A stretch of DNA of 64,000 bases from an uncultured Trueperaceae bacterium (GCA_963815215.1 CAWFFU010000003.1:1147767-1211766); one strand, 5' to 3'; positions 50,912 through 61,219 are shown, numbered from the stretch's first letter. A program made the numbers and translations. Notes: generated by a model from the letters alone, not told the origin.

Positions 50912-51754
50912 TCAGTCAGGAACGTAGTTGAAGTCATCTGGATGGGGACCCGTGCGGCCGGGCTCGCCACGATCCAACCCGCTCAACGCGTCCATCGCTT
51001 CACCGTCGAGCTCGAAGTCGAAGAGCGCGAAATTCTCGCGCATCCGTGACGGCGTCACGGTCTTGGGAAACACCACGTCCCCGCGCTGGATGTGCCAACG
51101 GAGCACGACCTGCGCAGGCGTCCGACCGACCAGCTCAGCGATGCCACGAACCGTCGGATCTCCCAACACCTCCCCCTGCGCGATGGGCGACCAGGCTTCC
51201 GTCACGATGCCGTGCTCCCGCCCGTACGCCCTGACCTCATCGTTGACGAAGTACGGATGGACCTCGATCTGGTTCACCGACGGCACCGTGTCTGCCTCCA
51301 GAGCCAGCCGATCGAGATGCGCGACCTGGAAGTTCGACACACCGATGGACCGTGCGCGCCCATCGCGCTTGAACTCCTCCAGGGTGCGCCACGTGGAAAC
51401 GAAGTCACCCTCATAGAGACCCGGAAGCGGCCAATGGATGAGGAAGAGGTCCACGTAGTCGAAGCCGAGGTCACTGAGCGTCTTCTCGAACGCGCGCCGA
51501 GCATCATCGGGACGATGGAACCCGTTGTTCAGCTTGGTCGTCACAAAGACGTCACCCCGCGACACATCGGAGGCGCGGATCGCTTCGCCGACCTCCCGCT
51601 CGTTCCCATACATCTCGGCGGTATCGAAATGACGGTAGCCAACCTCCAAGGCCCGCAACACAGCGCGGGTCGTCTCGGGAGCGGGGATCTGGAACACCCC
51701 GAGGCCCAGCTGTGGAATCGTGTAGCCGTCATTCAGTTCGATCGCTGGAATCAT
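50912..51754 (-). CDS. Aldo/keto reductase (2,5-DKG reductase/DkgA-like)
   Basis: IPQLGLGVFQ, DTAEMYGNE, VTTKL, LIHWP, IGVSNF, AWSPI, FPKT. Confidence 0.93.
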   Translation of the reverse strand: MIPAIELNDGYTIPQLGLGVFQIPAPETTRAVLRALEVGYRHFDTAEMYGNEREVGEAIRASDVSRGDVFVTTKLNNGFHRPDDARRAFEKTLSDLGFDYVDLFLIHWPLPGLYEGDFVSTWRTLEEFKRDGRARSIGVSNFQVAHLDRLALEADTVPSVNQIEVHPYFVNDEVRAYGREHGIVTEAWSPIAQGEVLGDPTVRGIAELVGRTPAQVVLRWHIQRGDVVFPKTVTPSRMRENFALFDFELDGEAMDALSGLDRGEPGRTGPHPDDFNYVPD

Positions 51755-52051
51755 GTCACTCCCCCTTCTATCGCGCTCGCCGTACACTCCGTCCACCCAA
51801 GGCGGTCACTTCCGTGCTCGCGGTCACTCAGAGCACACTCGGAGCCAGGCTCACGTGCACCGACGAACCACCCTTCAGGAACATCGATCGGTCGGCGCCC
51901 AACCACTGCGAGCCTGTTCGTGGAGCTCCAAGCGCGAGCGGTACGTACGGCCGCAGAGTAACCTGTAGTCCCGTCTTGATTCGACCTGGCGTCCCTTGCA
52001 CACTCATTGGCGTAAGTCGGCCTTCGACAGCAGACCCGCCCCGAGCAGGGC

Positions 52052-52078
52052 TGAACCGTACCGGGTTCGGTGGGGGCT
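52052..52078. mobile_element. Orphan IS3-family-like terminal inverted repeat
   Basis: TGAACCGTACCGGGTTCGGTGGGGGCT resembles TGAACCGCnCCGGGTT..GTGGAG ends of IS3-family elements; no transposase attached. Confidence 0.45.
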
Positions 52079-52182
52079 ACGTTCTCACGGGAACGGGCAA
52101 CCAAGCCTGGGCACCGAACGACCAAGCCGCGCCAGAGCGCTGACCTCACCGCCGGCCATACAACGATTCACCTAGCCTCGAC

Positions 52183-52272
52183 CATCCGCCAAAGGATCGG
52201 CGCTCTACCAGCGGTGGCGCGAGAAGGCTAGGCTTCAGGTTCTACACAAGGTTCGTGCAACAGCTCTTCCGC
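52183..52272 (+). repeat. ~90-bp dispersed direct repeat, copy R1
   Basis: Aligns without gaps to 60741-60830 (59/90 identical by hand count); core CGCTCTACCAGCGGTGG. Confidence 0.75.
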
Positions 52273-52321
52273 GTGCGCTGCCACCTGGCCCCTGGAGCGC
52301 GCACCGGGTCACGGCCGCCAC

Positions 52322-52783
52322 CTATCGCTCGGCCGCGAGTTCGGCGGCGAGTTCGGCGTCGCTCGGGACGCTTCCGCGGGCGAGCGCCTCGACGAGCCGT
52401 CGACTCATGCGCTCGAGGCCGTCCCTCACCCACCGCCAGGCGTCGAGGTCCAGGCCGCTCGGATCGGGCACGCTCACGTGCCGACGCGTGGTGCGCGCCG
52501 GGTAGGCCGGGCATGCCTCGTTAGCGTCATCGCACACCGTGAGCACCACATCGAAGGCCCACGGAGTGGGGACCTCGAACAGCGTCTTGCTGGTATGGGC
52601 GCCGAGGTCGACACCGACCTCCGCCATCACGGTCACGGCGTCCTCCTTCACCCTGGTCTTCTCCGTGCCGGCCGACCACACCTCGAGCTCGAGCCCGGCC
52701 TCCCGGACGTGGTGGCGCAGCCACCCCTCCATCATCTGGCTGCGGGCGCTGTTGTGGGTGCAGAGCACCAGCAGGCGCCTCAC
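52322..52783 (-). CDS. arsC: Arsenate reductase, thioredoxin-type (LMW-PTP fold)
   Basis: [33 protein letters not shown]. Confidence 0.9.
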   Translation of the reverse strand: MRRLLVLCTHNSARSQMMEGWLRHHVREAGLELEVWSAGTEKTRVKEDAVTVMAEVGVDLGAHTSKTLFEVPTPWAFDVVLTVCDDANEACPAYPARTTRRHVSVPDPSGLDLDAWRWVRDGLERMSRRLVEALARGSVPSDAELAAELAAER

Positions 52784-53904
52784 TCGCCCTCCCGCCGGGG
52801 AGCCGCGGCCGACCCCCGCGAAGGCCGAACCGAGGCGCCGACCGGGACGTCCGTGGGTCCGAACCAGCGCCGACGAAGCGCCAGCGCTACGTTGACCAGC
52901 CCGATCATCACCGGCACCTCGACGAGCGGGCCGATGACGGCCGTGAACGCCACCGCCGAGCCGATGCCGAATACCGCGATCGCCACTGCGATCGCCAGCT
53001 CGAAGTTGTTGCTGGCGGCTGTGAACGCCAGCGTGGTGGTCACGGCGCCATCGGCGCCGAAACGCCGGCCCATCCAGAAGCTGACCAGGAACATGATGAC
53101 GAAATACAGCACCAGCGGCAGGGCGATGCGCAGCACGTCCAGCGGGATGCTCAGGATGAGCCCGCCCTTGAGGCTGAACATCACGACGATGGTGAACAGC
53201 AGCGCGACCAGCGTGATGGGGCTGATCACGGGCAGGAAGCGCTCCTCGTACCAGGCGCGACCCTTCACGGGGATCAGCACCACGCGACTCAGCACGCCCA
53301 ATGCGAACGGCACCCCCAGGTACAGCAGCACCGCGCGCGCCACCTCACCCATGGAGATCGCCACGACATGCCCCTGCAGCCCGAGCCAGGTCGGGAGAAG
53401 GGTCGCGAACAGGTATGCGTAGACGCCGTAGAACAGGACTTGAAAGAGGCTGTTGAGGGCCACCAGCCCGGCCGCATACTCCCGGTCACCGCTCGCCAGG
53501 TCGTTCCACACGATCACCATGGCGATGCACCGCGCCACCCCGATCAGGATCAACCCCACCATGTACTCGGGCCGGTCACGCAGGAACAGCAGCGCCAGGC
53601 CGAACATCAGCAGCGGCCCGATGACCCAGTTCTGCACCAGGGACAGTGCCAGCACCCGGACGTTCCCGAACGCCCTGGGGAGCCGCTCGTAGCGCACCTT
53701 CGCCAGCGGCGGATACATCATCAGAATCAGCCCGATGGCGATGGGCACGTTGGTGGCGCCGACCTGCACGCGCTTCAACAGGTCCTCCACGCCGGGCACC
53801 AACGCGCCCAGCCCGATGCCCGCGGCCATGGCCGCGAAGATCCAGACGGTGAGGAAGCGGTCCCGAGCTGAGAGCCCGCTGGCCACAGCGGTTGGCTGGT
53901 TCAT
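52780..53904 (-). CDS. acr3: Acr3 family arsenite efflux permease
   Basis: [58 protein letters not shown]. Confidence 0.96.
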   Translation of the reverse strand: MNQPTAVASGLSARDRFLTVWIFAAMAAGIGLGALVPGVEDLLKRVQVGATNVPIAIGLILMMYPPLAKVRYERLPRAFGNVRVLALSLVQNWVIGPLLMFGLALLFLRDRPEYMVGLILIGVARCIAMVIVWNDLASGDREYAAGLVALNSLFQVLFYGVYAYLFATLLPTWLGLQGHVVAISMGEVARAVLLYLGVPFALGVLSRVVLIPVKGRAWYEERFLPVISPITLVALLFTIVVMFSLKGGLILSIPLDVLRIALPLVLYFVIMFLVSFWMGRRFGADGAVTTTLAFTAASNNFELAIAVAIAVFGIGSAVAFTAVIGPLVEVPVMIGLVNVALALRRRWFGPTDVPVGASVRPSRGSAAAPRREGE

Positions 53905-53986
53905 CGGCCCGTGTCTCCTGGAGTCGGCGCGTGCCCGGCGCGCACGTCCGTGCTTACGGTGGCCGGCGATGTCGCCGTCACATGGA

Positions 53987-54421
53987 TCAGCTCGCGGTCG
54001 CGGGCGAGCGCTCCCAACGCCCGCGGATGGGGAAGCTGCCGCCTCGCAACGAGCCGAGGACCGTGCTGTTCCGCTCGGCCAGGTCGATCAGGCGGGCGAT
54101 CCGATCGTCGGATGCGGGGCTGTCGACACGGAGCACGTAGTCGACCCCGGTGATGCTCGGGGGGCGGTCCTGCCGGGTGGCGGTAAGGTCCACGGAGGCG
54201 GCGCGCACGTCGACCTTGCTGGCCTCCGAGACCATCCCGAGACCCGTGAGCAGGCAGGTGCCGACGGCCGTGAGCAGTGTCTCGACGGCGTTCGGCCCGG
54301 CATCCGCGTCGCCCCGGTGGGCGCCCGTGTCCAGCGTGAACTGCCGGATGGTGGCACGCGCGTGCCGGCCGTCGGGACTCCGCTCGACGTGGGCCCCGTA
54401 GCGCTGACCCTCGGTCGGCAT
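53987..54421 (-). CDS. OsmC/Ohr family protein (single Cys)
   Basis: [19 protein letters not shown] in place of the usual resolving C-x-V. C-terminal part of ORF 53987..55687. Confidence 0.78.
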   Translation of the reverse strand: MPTEGQRYGAHVERSPDGRHARATIRQFTLDTGAHRGDADAGPNAVETLLTAVGTCLLTGLGMVSEASKVDVRAASVDLTATRQDRPPSITGVDYVLRVDSPASDDRIARLIDLAERNSTVLGSLRGGSFPIRGRWERSPATAS

Positions 54422-54426
54422 GTCGC

Positions 54427-54663
54427 TCACGGCCTGACCAGGATGCCTTCGAGTTGCTGTGGGGAGGGGACGCGGCCGGCCAGGACGACCTTCTCGTCGA
54501 TGACGAGGGCGGGTGTCGAGCTGACGCCGTAGGCGAGGATGTCGGCGTAGTCGGTGACCTTCTCGACGTCCGCCTGGATGCCTCTGGCCTCGAGGACGAG
54601 ACGGACGTTGGCTTCGAGGCGCTTGCAATTGGGGCAACCGGATCCGAGGACTTTGATGGTCAT
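54427..54663 (-). CDS. Small thioredoxin-like redox protein (MTH895/Thioredoxin_3 type)
   Basis: IKVLGSGCPNCK.LE, YGVSSTPALVID, GRVP. Confidence 0.92.
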   Translation of the reverse strand: MTIKVLGSGCPNCKRLEANVRLVLEARGIQADVEKVTDYADILAYGVSSTPALVIDEKVVLAGRVPSPQQLEGILVRP

Positions 54664-54711
54664 GCTGTGAGCCTCCTGCTCGTAGGATGGGCGGCGGCAC
54701 GCCGCGGAAGG

Positions 54712-55755
54712 TCAGAGTATGGCGTTGAAGAGGAAGCCGGTGGCGAGGATCCCCGTACCCACCACGGCCACGTAGACGGCGATGAGTCGCGGCTTGAGCA
54801 CGCGCCGCAGGATGATCATCTCGGGAAGGGACAGCGCGACGACCGCCATCATGAACGCGAGGGTGGTGCCCATGGCGAGCCCCTTGGCGTGGAGCGCTTC
54901 GACCAGCGGCAGGATGCCGGCGGCGTTGGAGTACAGCGGGATGCCCAGCAGCACGGCCACGGGTACGGCGAGTGGCTGGCCGGGGCCGGCGTAGCGCAGG
55001 AAGAAGCTCTGCGGCACCCAGCCGTGGATGGCGGCGCCCAGGCCGATGCCGACCAGCAGGTAGGGCCAGATCTTGCCGAGGATGGTCCTCACCTCTTCGA
55101 CGCCCATCTGCACGCGCTCTGGCCAGGTGAGCTGGCGGCTGGGGTCGAGGACCTGGCCTCCGAGGCGGGTCTCGAAGACGAACGGTTCGACCCACTTCTC
55201 CAAGCGGAGCCGACCCAGGATCATGCCGGCGACGATGGCCAGGATCAGGCCGCTGGCGAGGTAGAGCGCGGCGACGGTCCAGCCGAACATGCCGAAGAGC
55301 ATGACGAGGGCGATCTCGTTCACCATGGGGCTGGCGATCAGGAAGGACAGGGTGACGCCGAGCGGAACGCCGGCGGCGACGAAGCCGATGAAGGCGGGTA
55401 CGGCGCTGCACGAGCAGAAGGGCGTCACGACGCCGAGGCCGGCAGCCAGCGCGTTGCCGGCGCCCTCGCGCCGTCCGCCGAGCAGCGCGCGGGTGCGCTC
55501 GACGCTGAAGAAGCTGCGCAGCACGGTCACGAGGAAGATGATGCCCACCAGCAACAGCACGATCTTGACGCTGTCGAACAGGAAGAAATGCACGGCGTCG
55601 CCGAGGCGCGTGCCCGCCGGCAGGCCGAGGCCGCGGTAGACGAACCAGTCGAAGGCCGGTCCGTTGGCCGCGTAGAGCAACACCCACACCACGGCGGCCC
55701 CGGCCAGGGCAGCCGGGAGCGGCACGCCCCGACGCTGTGCCAGCCGCGCCCTCAT
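54712..55755 (-). CDS. arsP: ArsP/DUF318 family permease
   Basis: HFFLFD, TPFCSCSAVP, FLIASPMVN, GIPLYSNAAG, ALSLPEMIIL. Confidence 0.85.
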   Translation of the reverse strand: MRARLAQRRGVPLPAALAGAAVVWVLLYAANGPAFDWFVYRGLGLPAGTRLGDAVHFFLFDSVKIVLLLVGIIFLVTVLRSFFSVERTRALLGGRREGAGNALAAGLGVVTPFCSCSAVPAFIGFVAAGVPLGVTLSFLIASPMVNEIALVMLFGMFGWTVAALYLASGLILAIVAGMILGRLRLEKWVEPFVFETRLGGQVLDPSRQLTWPERVQMGVEEVRTILGKIWPYLLVGIGLGAAIHGWVPQSFFLRYAGPGQPLAVPVAVLLGIPLYSNAAGILPLVEALHAKGLAMGTTLAFMMAVVALSLPEMIILRRVLKPRLIAVYVAVVGTGILATGFLFNAIL

Positions 55756-56132
55756 CCTGCCACGCCCTCGTGGGCGCAGGCGTCCATGCAGGTCCCGAGG
55801 TCGAGCCCGAGCCGGGCCGGGTCGGGCGGAAGGGCCCCAGCCAAACGCCCGAGGGCCGCGGCGTTCAGGCTGTAGTCGATCCAGCGGCCGCGTCGTTCCC
55901 CCTCGATCAGGCCCGCCTCGCGCAGCACCTTGAGGTGGTGGGAGAGCAGGTTCGGCGCGATGTCGATGACCTCTTGGATCTCGCACACGCAGTGGGTTCC
56001 GTCGGTGAGGGTGGCGAGGATCCGCAAGCGGGTGGGGTCTCCGAGCGCCTTGAAGGCGCTCGCGAGGATTTCGGCGGTATCTCCGGGACCCGCTTCAACA
56101 AGAGTTGTTTCAACGGCTATTGATGCAACCAT
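55752..56132 (-). CDS. arsR: ArsR/SmtB family repressor
   Basis: FKALGDPTRLRIL, HCVCEI, LSHHLKVLREAGL, C-terminal CMDAC. Confidence 0.93.
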   Translation of the reverse strand: MVASIAVETTLVEAGPGDTAEILASAFKALGDPTRLRILATLTDGTHCVCEIQEVIDIAPNLLSHHLKVLREAGLIEGERRGRWIDYSLNAAALGRLAGALPPDPARLGLDLGTCMDACAHEGVAG

Positions 56133-56167
56133 GTTTGTAGCGTACTGCCGAGACCGGCGGCCGTCAA
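56094..56167 (-). promoter_or_regulatory. Leaderless ars promoter, with ArsR-type boxes inside the first codons
   Basis: TTGACG (56167-56162), 17 bp, TACGCT (56144-56139), 6 nt, ATG; TCAA-N6-TTGA at 56110-56123 and CAAC-N4-GTTG just downstream. Confidence 0.7.
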
Positions 56168-56299
56168 GAGGCTCGCTCCGGGACGCGAACGAGCTCGACG
56201 CCTTCGTGCTGGAGCTAGCGCTCGAAGGCTGCGCCGCGTATGGCGGGGAGGTTCACGAACCGAAGCCGCGGCTGCGCCGGTCCGTTGGCGCCACCGGCG

Positions 56300-57235
56300 T
56301 CATGTGCCGGCAACCTCGAGCCGCTCCGTGCTTCGCTCGAGTTGCGGAAGGAACGCCTCGGCAGCCGAGCGACCGATCGCGATGAGCCGCTCGAGTTGGT
56401 CGAAGTCGAAGATGCCGATCTCGGGCGGAACGGGAACGACGAGGCGGATGTCGGCCTCGTCGAACTCCTCCGTCTGGAGTTGGTGGGCGGTGATCGCGTT
56501 GGTACGGAGCAGGAGCCCGAGGCCGGTCCGGGGCATGACCGGCGCCAGCGGCGATGTGACGCTGACGGCCATCACGACGTCCGCCCCGAGCGAGCGGGTG
56601 ACGCGAACCGGCACGTTGCTGACGACGCCCCCATCGATGAGCCAACGGGATCCCCAGGGAACGGGCCTGAAGACGCCGGGCAAGGCGGCGCTGGCATGGA
56701 GGGCCCTGGCAAGGTTGCCCTCACGCAAAACCACGAGCTCGCCGGTCATCAGGTCGGCGGAAGTGGCCGCGAACGGCGTGGCGAGCTCCTCGATGGCGCG
56801 GTGCGCCGCGATGGCGTCGAGATGGCGCTCCAGGCGCGCGCCGGAATCCCGTCCCAGACCGAAGAGATCGTGCTCGAGGTAGCTTGCGGCCTCGACCAGG
56901 CCGGCGGCCCGCTGGCGGAACGAACCCGGCCGCCAGGGGTTGCCCGGAGCCTCCGAAAGGAGCTCGGCCAGGCGGGCGGGCGCATCCACGATTCCAGGGT
57001 CCGCCGCGTACAGACCCCCGACGATGGCGCCGATGGAGGCCCCTGCGATGACGTCGATGGCGACACCGGCTTCTTGGAGGACCTGGAGGACTCCCACGTG
57101 CGCGAGACCGCGCGCCCCACCACCACCCAGGGCGAGGCCCAGCCGATCCGACGGTCCGACGCTTCGCGTCTGGAAGCGTACCGGGGGCCGGAGGCCCCGA
57201 TCGACGCCCTCCCCGAGTGCCAGCTCTGCGCTCAT
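56300..57235 (-). CDS. Patatin-like phospholipase
   Basis: LGGGGARG, GASIG, ASAALPG, DGG. Confidence 0.93.
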   Translation of the reverse strand: MSAELALGEGVDRGLRPPVRFQTRSVGPSDRLGLALGGGGARGLAHVGVLQVLQEAGVAIDVIAGASIGAIVGGLYAADPGIVDAPARLAELLSEAPGNPWRPGSFRQRAAGLVEAASYLEHDLFGLGRDSGARLERHLDAIAAHRAIEELATPFAATSADLMTGELVVLREGNLARALHASAALPGVFRPVPWGSRWLIDGGVVSNVPVRVTRSLGADVVMAVSVTSPLAPVMPRTGLGLLLRTNAITAHQLQTEEFDEADIRLVVPVPPEIGIFDFDQLERLIAIGRSAAEAFLPQLERSTERLEVAGT

Positions 57236-57250
57236 GACGGCACCACCTCT

Positions 57251-57919
57251 CTAGCGGTCCGGGTCCGGCAGGATCACGGTCCGGGTGATGGCCGTGATCA
57301 GCCCGTCCGCGTCGACGTCGGGCCCGAAGAGCGCTTCGAACAGGACTGTGTCGAGGAAGGTCCGGGCGACGGCCTGCGCGATCTCGGGCTCGATCCTCGG
57401 GTCCACGGCTTCGCTCAGCGCATGCCCGAGGTCGGCGAAAGCGCGCTCGCGCGTCTCGTTCCAGTGCGCCCGCACCTGCTCGCGCTGAAGGATCTCCCGC
57501 ACCATGATGCGCAGCATCGGGGCCGAATGCCTCGCCATCGGGTAGATGCTGGTGCCCACCCGCCGCAGTAGCTCGTACGAGTCCGGCCGGGGATCGCTCG
57601 CGGCGATGTCGTCGATGGTCGCGCTCAACCGAGGAAACGCCGTGCGCTCATCGATGAGCGCCTCGAGCAGACCCTCCTTGGCGCCGAAGTAATGGAAGAT
57701 CAGCCCGGTCGCCACGCCCGCGGAATGCGCGATCCTGGCGATCGGGGTGCCGTCGAATCCGCGTTCGGCGAACAGCTCCATCGCCGCATCCAGGATGGCG
57801 GCGCGCGTCTCCGCTCCGCCTCCGGCTTCCTTCGGCCTCCGACCGAGCGGGCGCTTCCCGGACGCCGGGGCCTTACGGCGCGTCGCTGCCTCCGCCTCTT
57901 CTCCGCCACGCTTCACCAT
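57251..57919 (-). CDS. TetR/AcrR family regulator
   Basis: ILDAAMELFAERGFDGT..IA..AGVA.GLIFHYFG.KEGL. Confidence 0.93.
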   Translation of the reverse strand: MVKRGGEEAEAATRRKAPASGKRPLGRRPKEAGGGAETRAAILDAAMELFAERGFDGTPIARIAHSAGVATGLIFHYFGAKEGLLEALIDERTAFPRLSATIDDIAASDPRPDSYELLRRVGTSIYPMARHSAPMLRIMVREILQREQVRAHWNETRERAFADLGHALSEAVDPRIEPEIAQAVARTFLDTVLFEALFGPDVDADGLITAITRTVILPDPDR

Positions 57920-58094
57920 CGCCCCGCCCCGTTCAGGACGGTGTGCCCGTCGCGAGAGCCATCGCCCGAGCACGGAGCGAATCGGCTGGGGGTGCGCTCC
58001 TTGGAGCGCACCCCCAGACCCACCTTCGCCCCTCGTTCCGCTTCCCACGCAACGCGGACGCCGACGCCCAACCGCCACGACGTCGCGAACACGA

Positions 58095-58454
58095 TCATGC
58101 CGGCGCGGCGGTTCTCTTGGCGCCGCCGATGGCCGTCAGGGCCACGATCGCAGCAAGCGCAACGACCACACCGAGGATCCAGGCATTCCACGCCGCGGAG
58201 GCCACCCCCGCGAAACCGAGCAGCCACGGCGCGACGAACACCCACGCCGCCGAGATCACCAGCCACCACTGAGCGCCACGCGAACCGGGCACGGCCAGCG
58301 CCCACAACGCGAACGCCGTCACCGCCAACCCGAGGATCCAAGCGTTCCACGCGGCCGAAGAGCTGCCCGCGAAACCGATCAACCACGGCGACACGAACAG
58401 CCAGGCTCCCAGAATCAGGTTCGTCCAGTCTTGCCAGCGTGACCAAGCCTTCAT
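58095..58454 (-). CDS. SPW repeat membrane protein
   Basis: Two repeats: GAWLFVSPWLIGF..AAWNAWILG and AAWVFVAPWLLGF..AAWNAWILG. AAGGAGG RBS. Confidence 0.9.
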   Translation of the reverse strand: MKAWSRWQDWTNLILGAWLFVSPWLIGFAGSSSAAWNAWILGLAVTAFALWALAVPGSRGAQWWLVISAAWVFVAPWLLGFAGVASAAWNAWILGVVVALAAIVALTAIGGAKRTAAPA

Positions 58455-58480
58455 TGCGTACCTCCTTCGGCCAGCTATCT

Positions 58481-58526
58481 AACTGACCGGTCAATTCATA
58501 TTAGTCGTGGGCGGCCGTGCCGTCAA
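58481..58526 (-). promoter_or_regulatory. Promoter and TetR-type operator of the SPW-tetR-patatin operon
   Basis: TTGACG (58526-58521), 17 bp, TAATAT (58503-58498); palindrome AAcTGACCGGTCAaTT at 58481-58496. Confidence 0.75.
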
Positions 58527-59050
58527 GCCCCCCCGGGGGATATATCCCGGCCGTCCAGCCAATCCAGAGAACGTCCCTGGACGCTCCGTCGAACTGGCCG
58601 TATCATCCTGATCGTTCGGGACCGGCCGATGCCGGGCCGTAGGCCGGCGGTTCCGATGGGGTTTGAGCCCCCTCCCCAGTTGCGCGGTCCGCTTGCGAGC
58701 CACGCACAGCCGCAAGCGGAGGCCACCGCATGCCACAGAGGAGGTAGCTTGACCGGGGTTGCCGTCCACGAGAAGGTCCGGGTGGTCCTGCGACTGTCGC
58801 GAGGCCAGGGTCGGGGCCTTCATAGGAGGGATACGTGGAGCGCAAAGGCGCCGAAGGCCGCCCGTACCGCGGGGTCTCCTGGCTGCGACCGGAGCCGTGG
58901 GCCCAAGCGGCTTGCGACCACGCCAAGGCTCGCAGGGCGGGGGCGCGACCGACACAACCGAGGTCCTACATCCAGGCCCCGGGCCCGCGCCGTTGCGAAC
59001 CCATACCGTCCGTTCCACCCCCTTCACGAAGCTTCGAAGTGAGGTAGCCC

Positions 59051-59824
59051 ATGTTGGTTCCCTGGACCGTTGTGCTCATCGCCGCCGTGGTCGTCGGCTT
59101 CGTCACCTCTGCCCTGCGCATCTGGATCGACCGAGTCTTCTTCGTCATCATTCTGCTCACACTGGGCCACCTGCCGATCAGGGAGGCTATCGCCTTGAAC
59201 GTCCTGGTCTTGGTCCTCGCCTCGCTCTCCCACGGGCTCGTGCGCCGCGAAGGCTGGATCTGGGGGGAGTTCGGCCGCTTCCCGTCCTGGGAAGGCTGGG
59301 CGGCCGTCGTCGCGGGATTCGCGGGAGGAGTCCTGGGATGGGCATGGGGGCTTGGCCTCGCAGGCAAGGTCCTGCTCGGCGCGCTCGGCCTCTATGCCAT
59401 TGCGATGGCGATCCGCCTCGTAGTGGTGAAGCCGGGAAAGGGCCGGTCAAGCGCCGTGCACCCAGGCTGGATCCTGCCGATAGCCCTCGGTGCCGGTGCC
59501 CTCACCGGGCTACTATCGGCGGGCGGCAAGCCGTTCGCGGTGCCGCTCTACAACCGAGCTCTCGGCCACCATTGGCCGGTCGCCTACGCCATCGCTACCT
59601 TCGGTACCATCGGTGCCGCCATCGGCGCAGGCTTGACCGAACTCGCGCTGAACGGTTACAGCGTTCCCGCAGTGGAGACCGCCCTCGCTGCCTGGGCGGG
59701 CATCTCACTGTTCGCGTGGCTCACCGATCTGATCTGGAGCCCCAAGCTGATGAAGGCCACCACGCTCGCCGTGGCGGTCGTGCTCCTTGTGGTCGGCATT
59801 CGATTCAGTCTGGCCGCCTTCTAG
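59051..59824 (+). CDS. TauE/SafE-like membrane protein
   Basis: About 8 TM helices, AGALTGLLSAGG..AVP motif, GAGG RBS. Divergent family member. Confidence 0.65.
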   Translation: MLVPWTVVLIAAVVVGFVTSALRIWIDRVFFVIILLTLGHLPIREAIALNVLVLVLASLSHGLVRREGWIWGEFGRFPSWEGWAAVVAGFAGGVLGWAWGLGLAGKVLLGALGLYAIAMAIRLVVVKPGKGRSSAVHPGWILPIALGAGALTGLLSAGGKPFAVPLYNRALGHHWPVAYAIATFGTIGAAIGAGLTELALNGYSVPAVETALAAWAGISLFAWLTDLIWSPKLMKATTLAVAVVLLVVGIRFSLAAF

Positions 59825-59920
59825 GGTGCGGGCGGACGCCGGCGTCTCCGTGCCGATCGCCAAGTGACCCGCGAAGGAGGTGGCAATCGCGCGCCGCCTC
59901 GAAGGTCGGGGCCGGCCGCG

Positions 59921-60337
59921 TCAGGACTCCACGAACGGATTACGCACCAGCACGCCTTCGATCTCCCGACCGTCGTTCAGGTCCTCCGTGAGCAGCTCGT
60001 GGCAACCGCCGCGTTTAGCGGCGATCGCTATGGCAGCGTCCCAGAGCGCCAGGGGGGTCCGGCGGGCGAGGTCGATGGCCTCTTCGACCAGGCTCGCGTC
60101 GACCGCAACAACGTCGACCGCGCGGGCCAGCTCGCGCACCATGGCGTGGGCCTCGTCCGCAGGCAGGGGCGGCCGCAGCTTCCGGGTCGCCGTCCAGTAG
60201 AACTCCTCGAGCACCTGGGCGCTCACGACCAGATGCCGTGCCTCGCTCGCGAGAATGGCCAGAGCCGCCGCCCGCTTGCGCGGGTCGAAGGCGTCCACAG
60301 CGTACACGAGGACGCTGGTGTCTAGGAACGAGGCCAA
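59921..60337 (-). CDS. PIN-domain toxin (VapC-like)
   Basis: FLDTSVLVYA, SAQVLEEF, LWDAAI, LLTEDL, NPF. Confidence 0.92.
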   Translation of the reverse strand: MASFLDTSVLVYAVDAFDPRKRAAALAILASEARHLVVSAQVLEEFYWTATRKLRPPLPADEAHAMVRELARAVDVVAVDASLVEEAIDLARRTPLALWDAAIAIAAKRGGCHELLTEDLNDGREIEGVLVRNPFVES

Positions 60338-60576
60338 CGAACGCGCCCCTCGTACAGCTCCTCGCGCGTCCAGTCACGACCGCCCCCCTCGGCGCCGGCA
60401 ACGCTCGCGCGTGCGCGTTCGACGAAACGGCGGCGGGCCCCGCGCCGCTCCTCTTCAGAGGTGTAGCTTTCGAGGAACTCCCGCACGACCGCGTTCACCG
60501 TGGTGCCTCGCTCAAGCGCGCGGATGCGCGCCCGTCGCAACAAGTTCTCGTCGATGGAAAGCGTCACATTCGCCAC
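60322..60576 (-). CDS. RHH-type antitoxin (DUF6364-like)
   Basis: MANVTLSIDENLLRRAR..A..RGTTVNAVVREFLE...WTREELY; leaderless (TG-C-TACACT, 6 nt, GTG). Confidence 0.88.
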   Translation of the reverse strand: MANVTLSIDENLLRRARIRALERGTTVNAVVREFLESYTSEEERRGARRRFVERARASVAGAEGGGRDWTREELYEGRVRWPRS

Positions 60577-60740
60577 GGGTTCAGTGTAGCACGGGACCCG
60601 TGGCCAGCCGACCGACCGGGACCGACACGGACGTAATCGCGGGCCCATGACGGCCACCATTCGTGACGCCGCCTGGATACCCGCTGCTCGCGATCTGACT
60701 CGAGGCAACGTCCGGGGACACCACCGGGCGGCCCGTTGAC

Positions 60741-60830
60741 CATCTACCGAAGAATCATCGCTCTACCGGCGGTGGTGCCGAAGTCCTAGTTCTTACGTCT
60801 TATACGAGGTTTCTGTGACTATTCTTGCGC
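60741..60830 (+). repeat. ~90-bp dispersed direct repeat, copy R2
   Basis: CATCTACCGAAGAATCATCGCTCTACCGGCGGTGGTGCC...CTAGTTCTTACGT...TTCTTGCGC. Confidence 0.85.
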
Positions 60831-60934
60831 AGGTACCCTCTGTACGCCCACGACCACCGGATGAACCGTAACCGTTGCCGCGGCCTGATCACCGGAAGCC
60901 CGTCGAGGGTCGCGGCGCCATGCCATGCTGGCAC

Positions 60935-61219
60935 ATGCCACGATCCGAACACGCCGCGCCCTACGTCCTGCTCGAGCGGCTCCCGACCCCAGAGGAATAC
61001 CGGCGCCTCTGTGAGGCGGTCGGTTGGGGCCCAGTCATGAACTTCGAGGCGGCACCGACCTCGCTCGAGCGCTCCTTGTACAGTGTGGTCGCGTTCCCAG
61101 CCAACAGGGCTGATACGAAGTCTCATCAAAGGGCCGAACCCTGCATGCAGCCTCGGAACCCTCAACGACCGCACGCCGAGCCAGGTCTCGGGCCCGCAAC
61201 GCAACGTCCCAGCCACTGA
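60935..61219 (+). pseudogene. Truncated GNAT acetyltransferase-like gene
   Basis: LERLPTPEEYRRLCEAVGWG...SLERSLYSVVA is a typical GNAT N-terminus; resemblance is lost after about 61096 and no acetyl-CoA motif follows. Confidence 0.6.

Noticed and set aside
58561..58900. SAM-I or glycine riboswitch
   Set aside because: Only fragments match (ATCCAGAG..ACTGGCC; CGCCGAAGG); the downstream conserved elements are missing.
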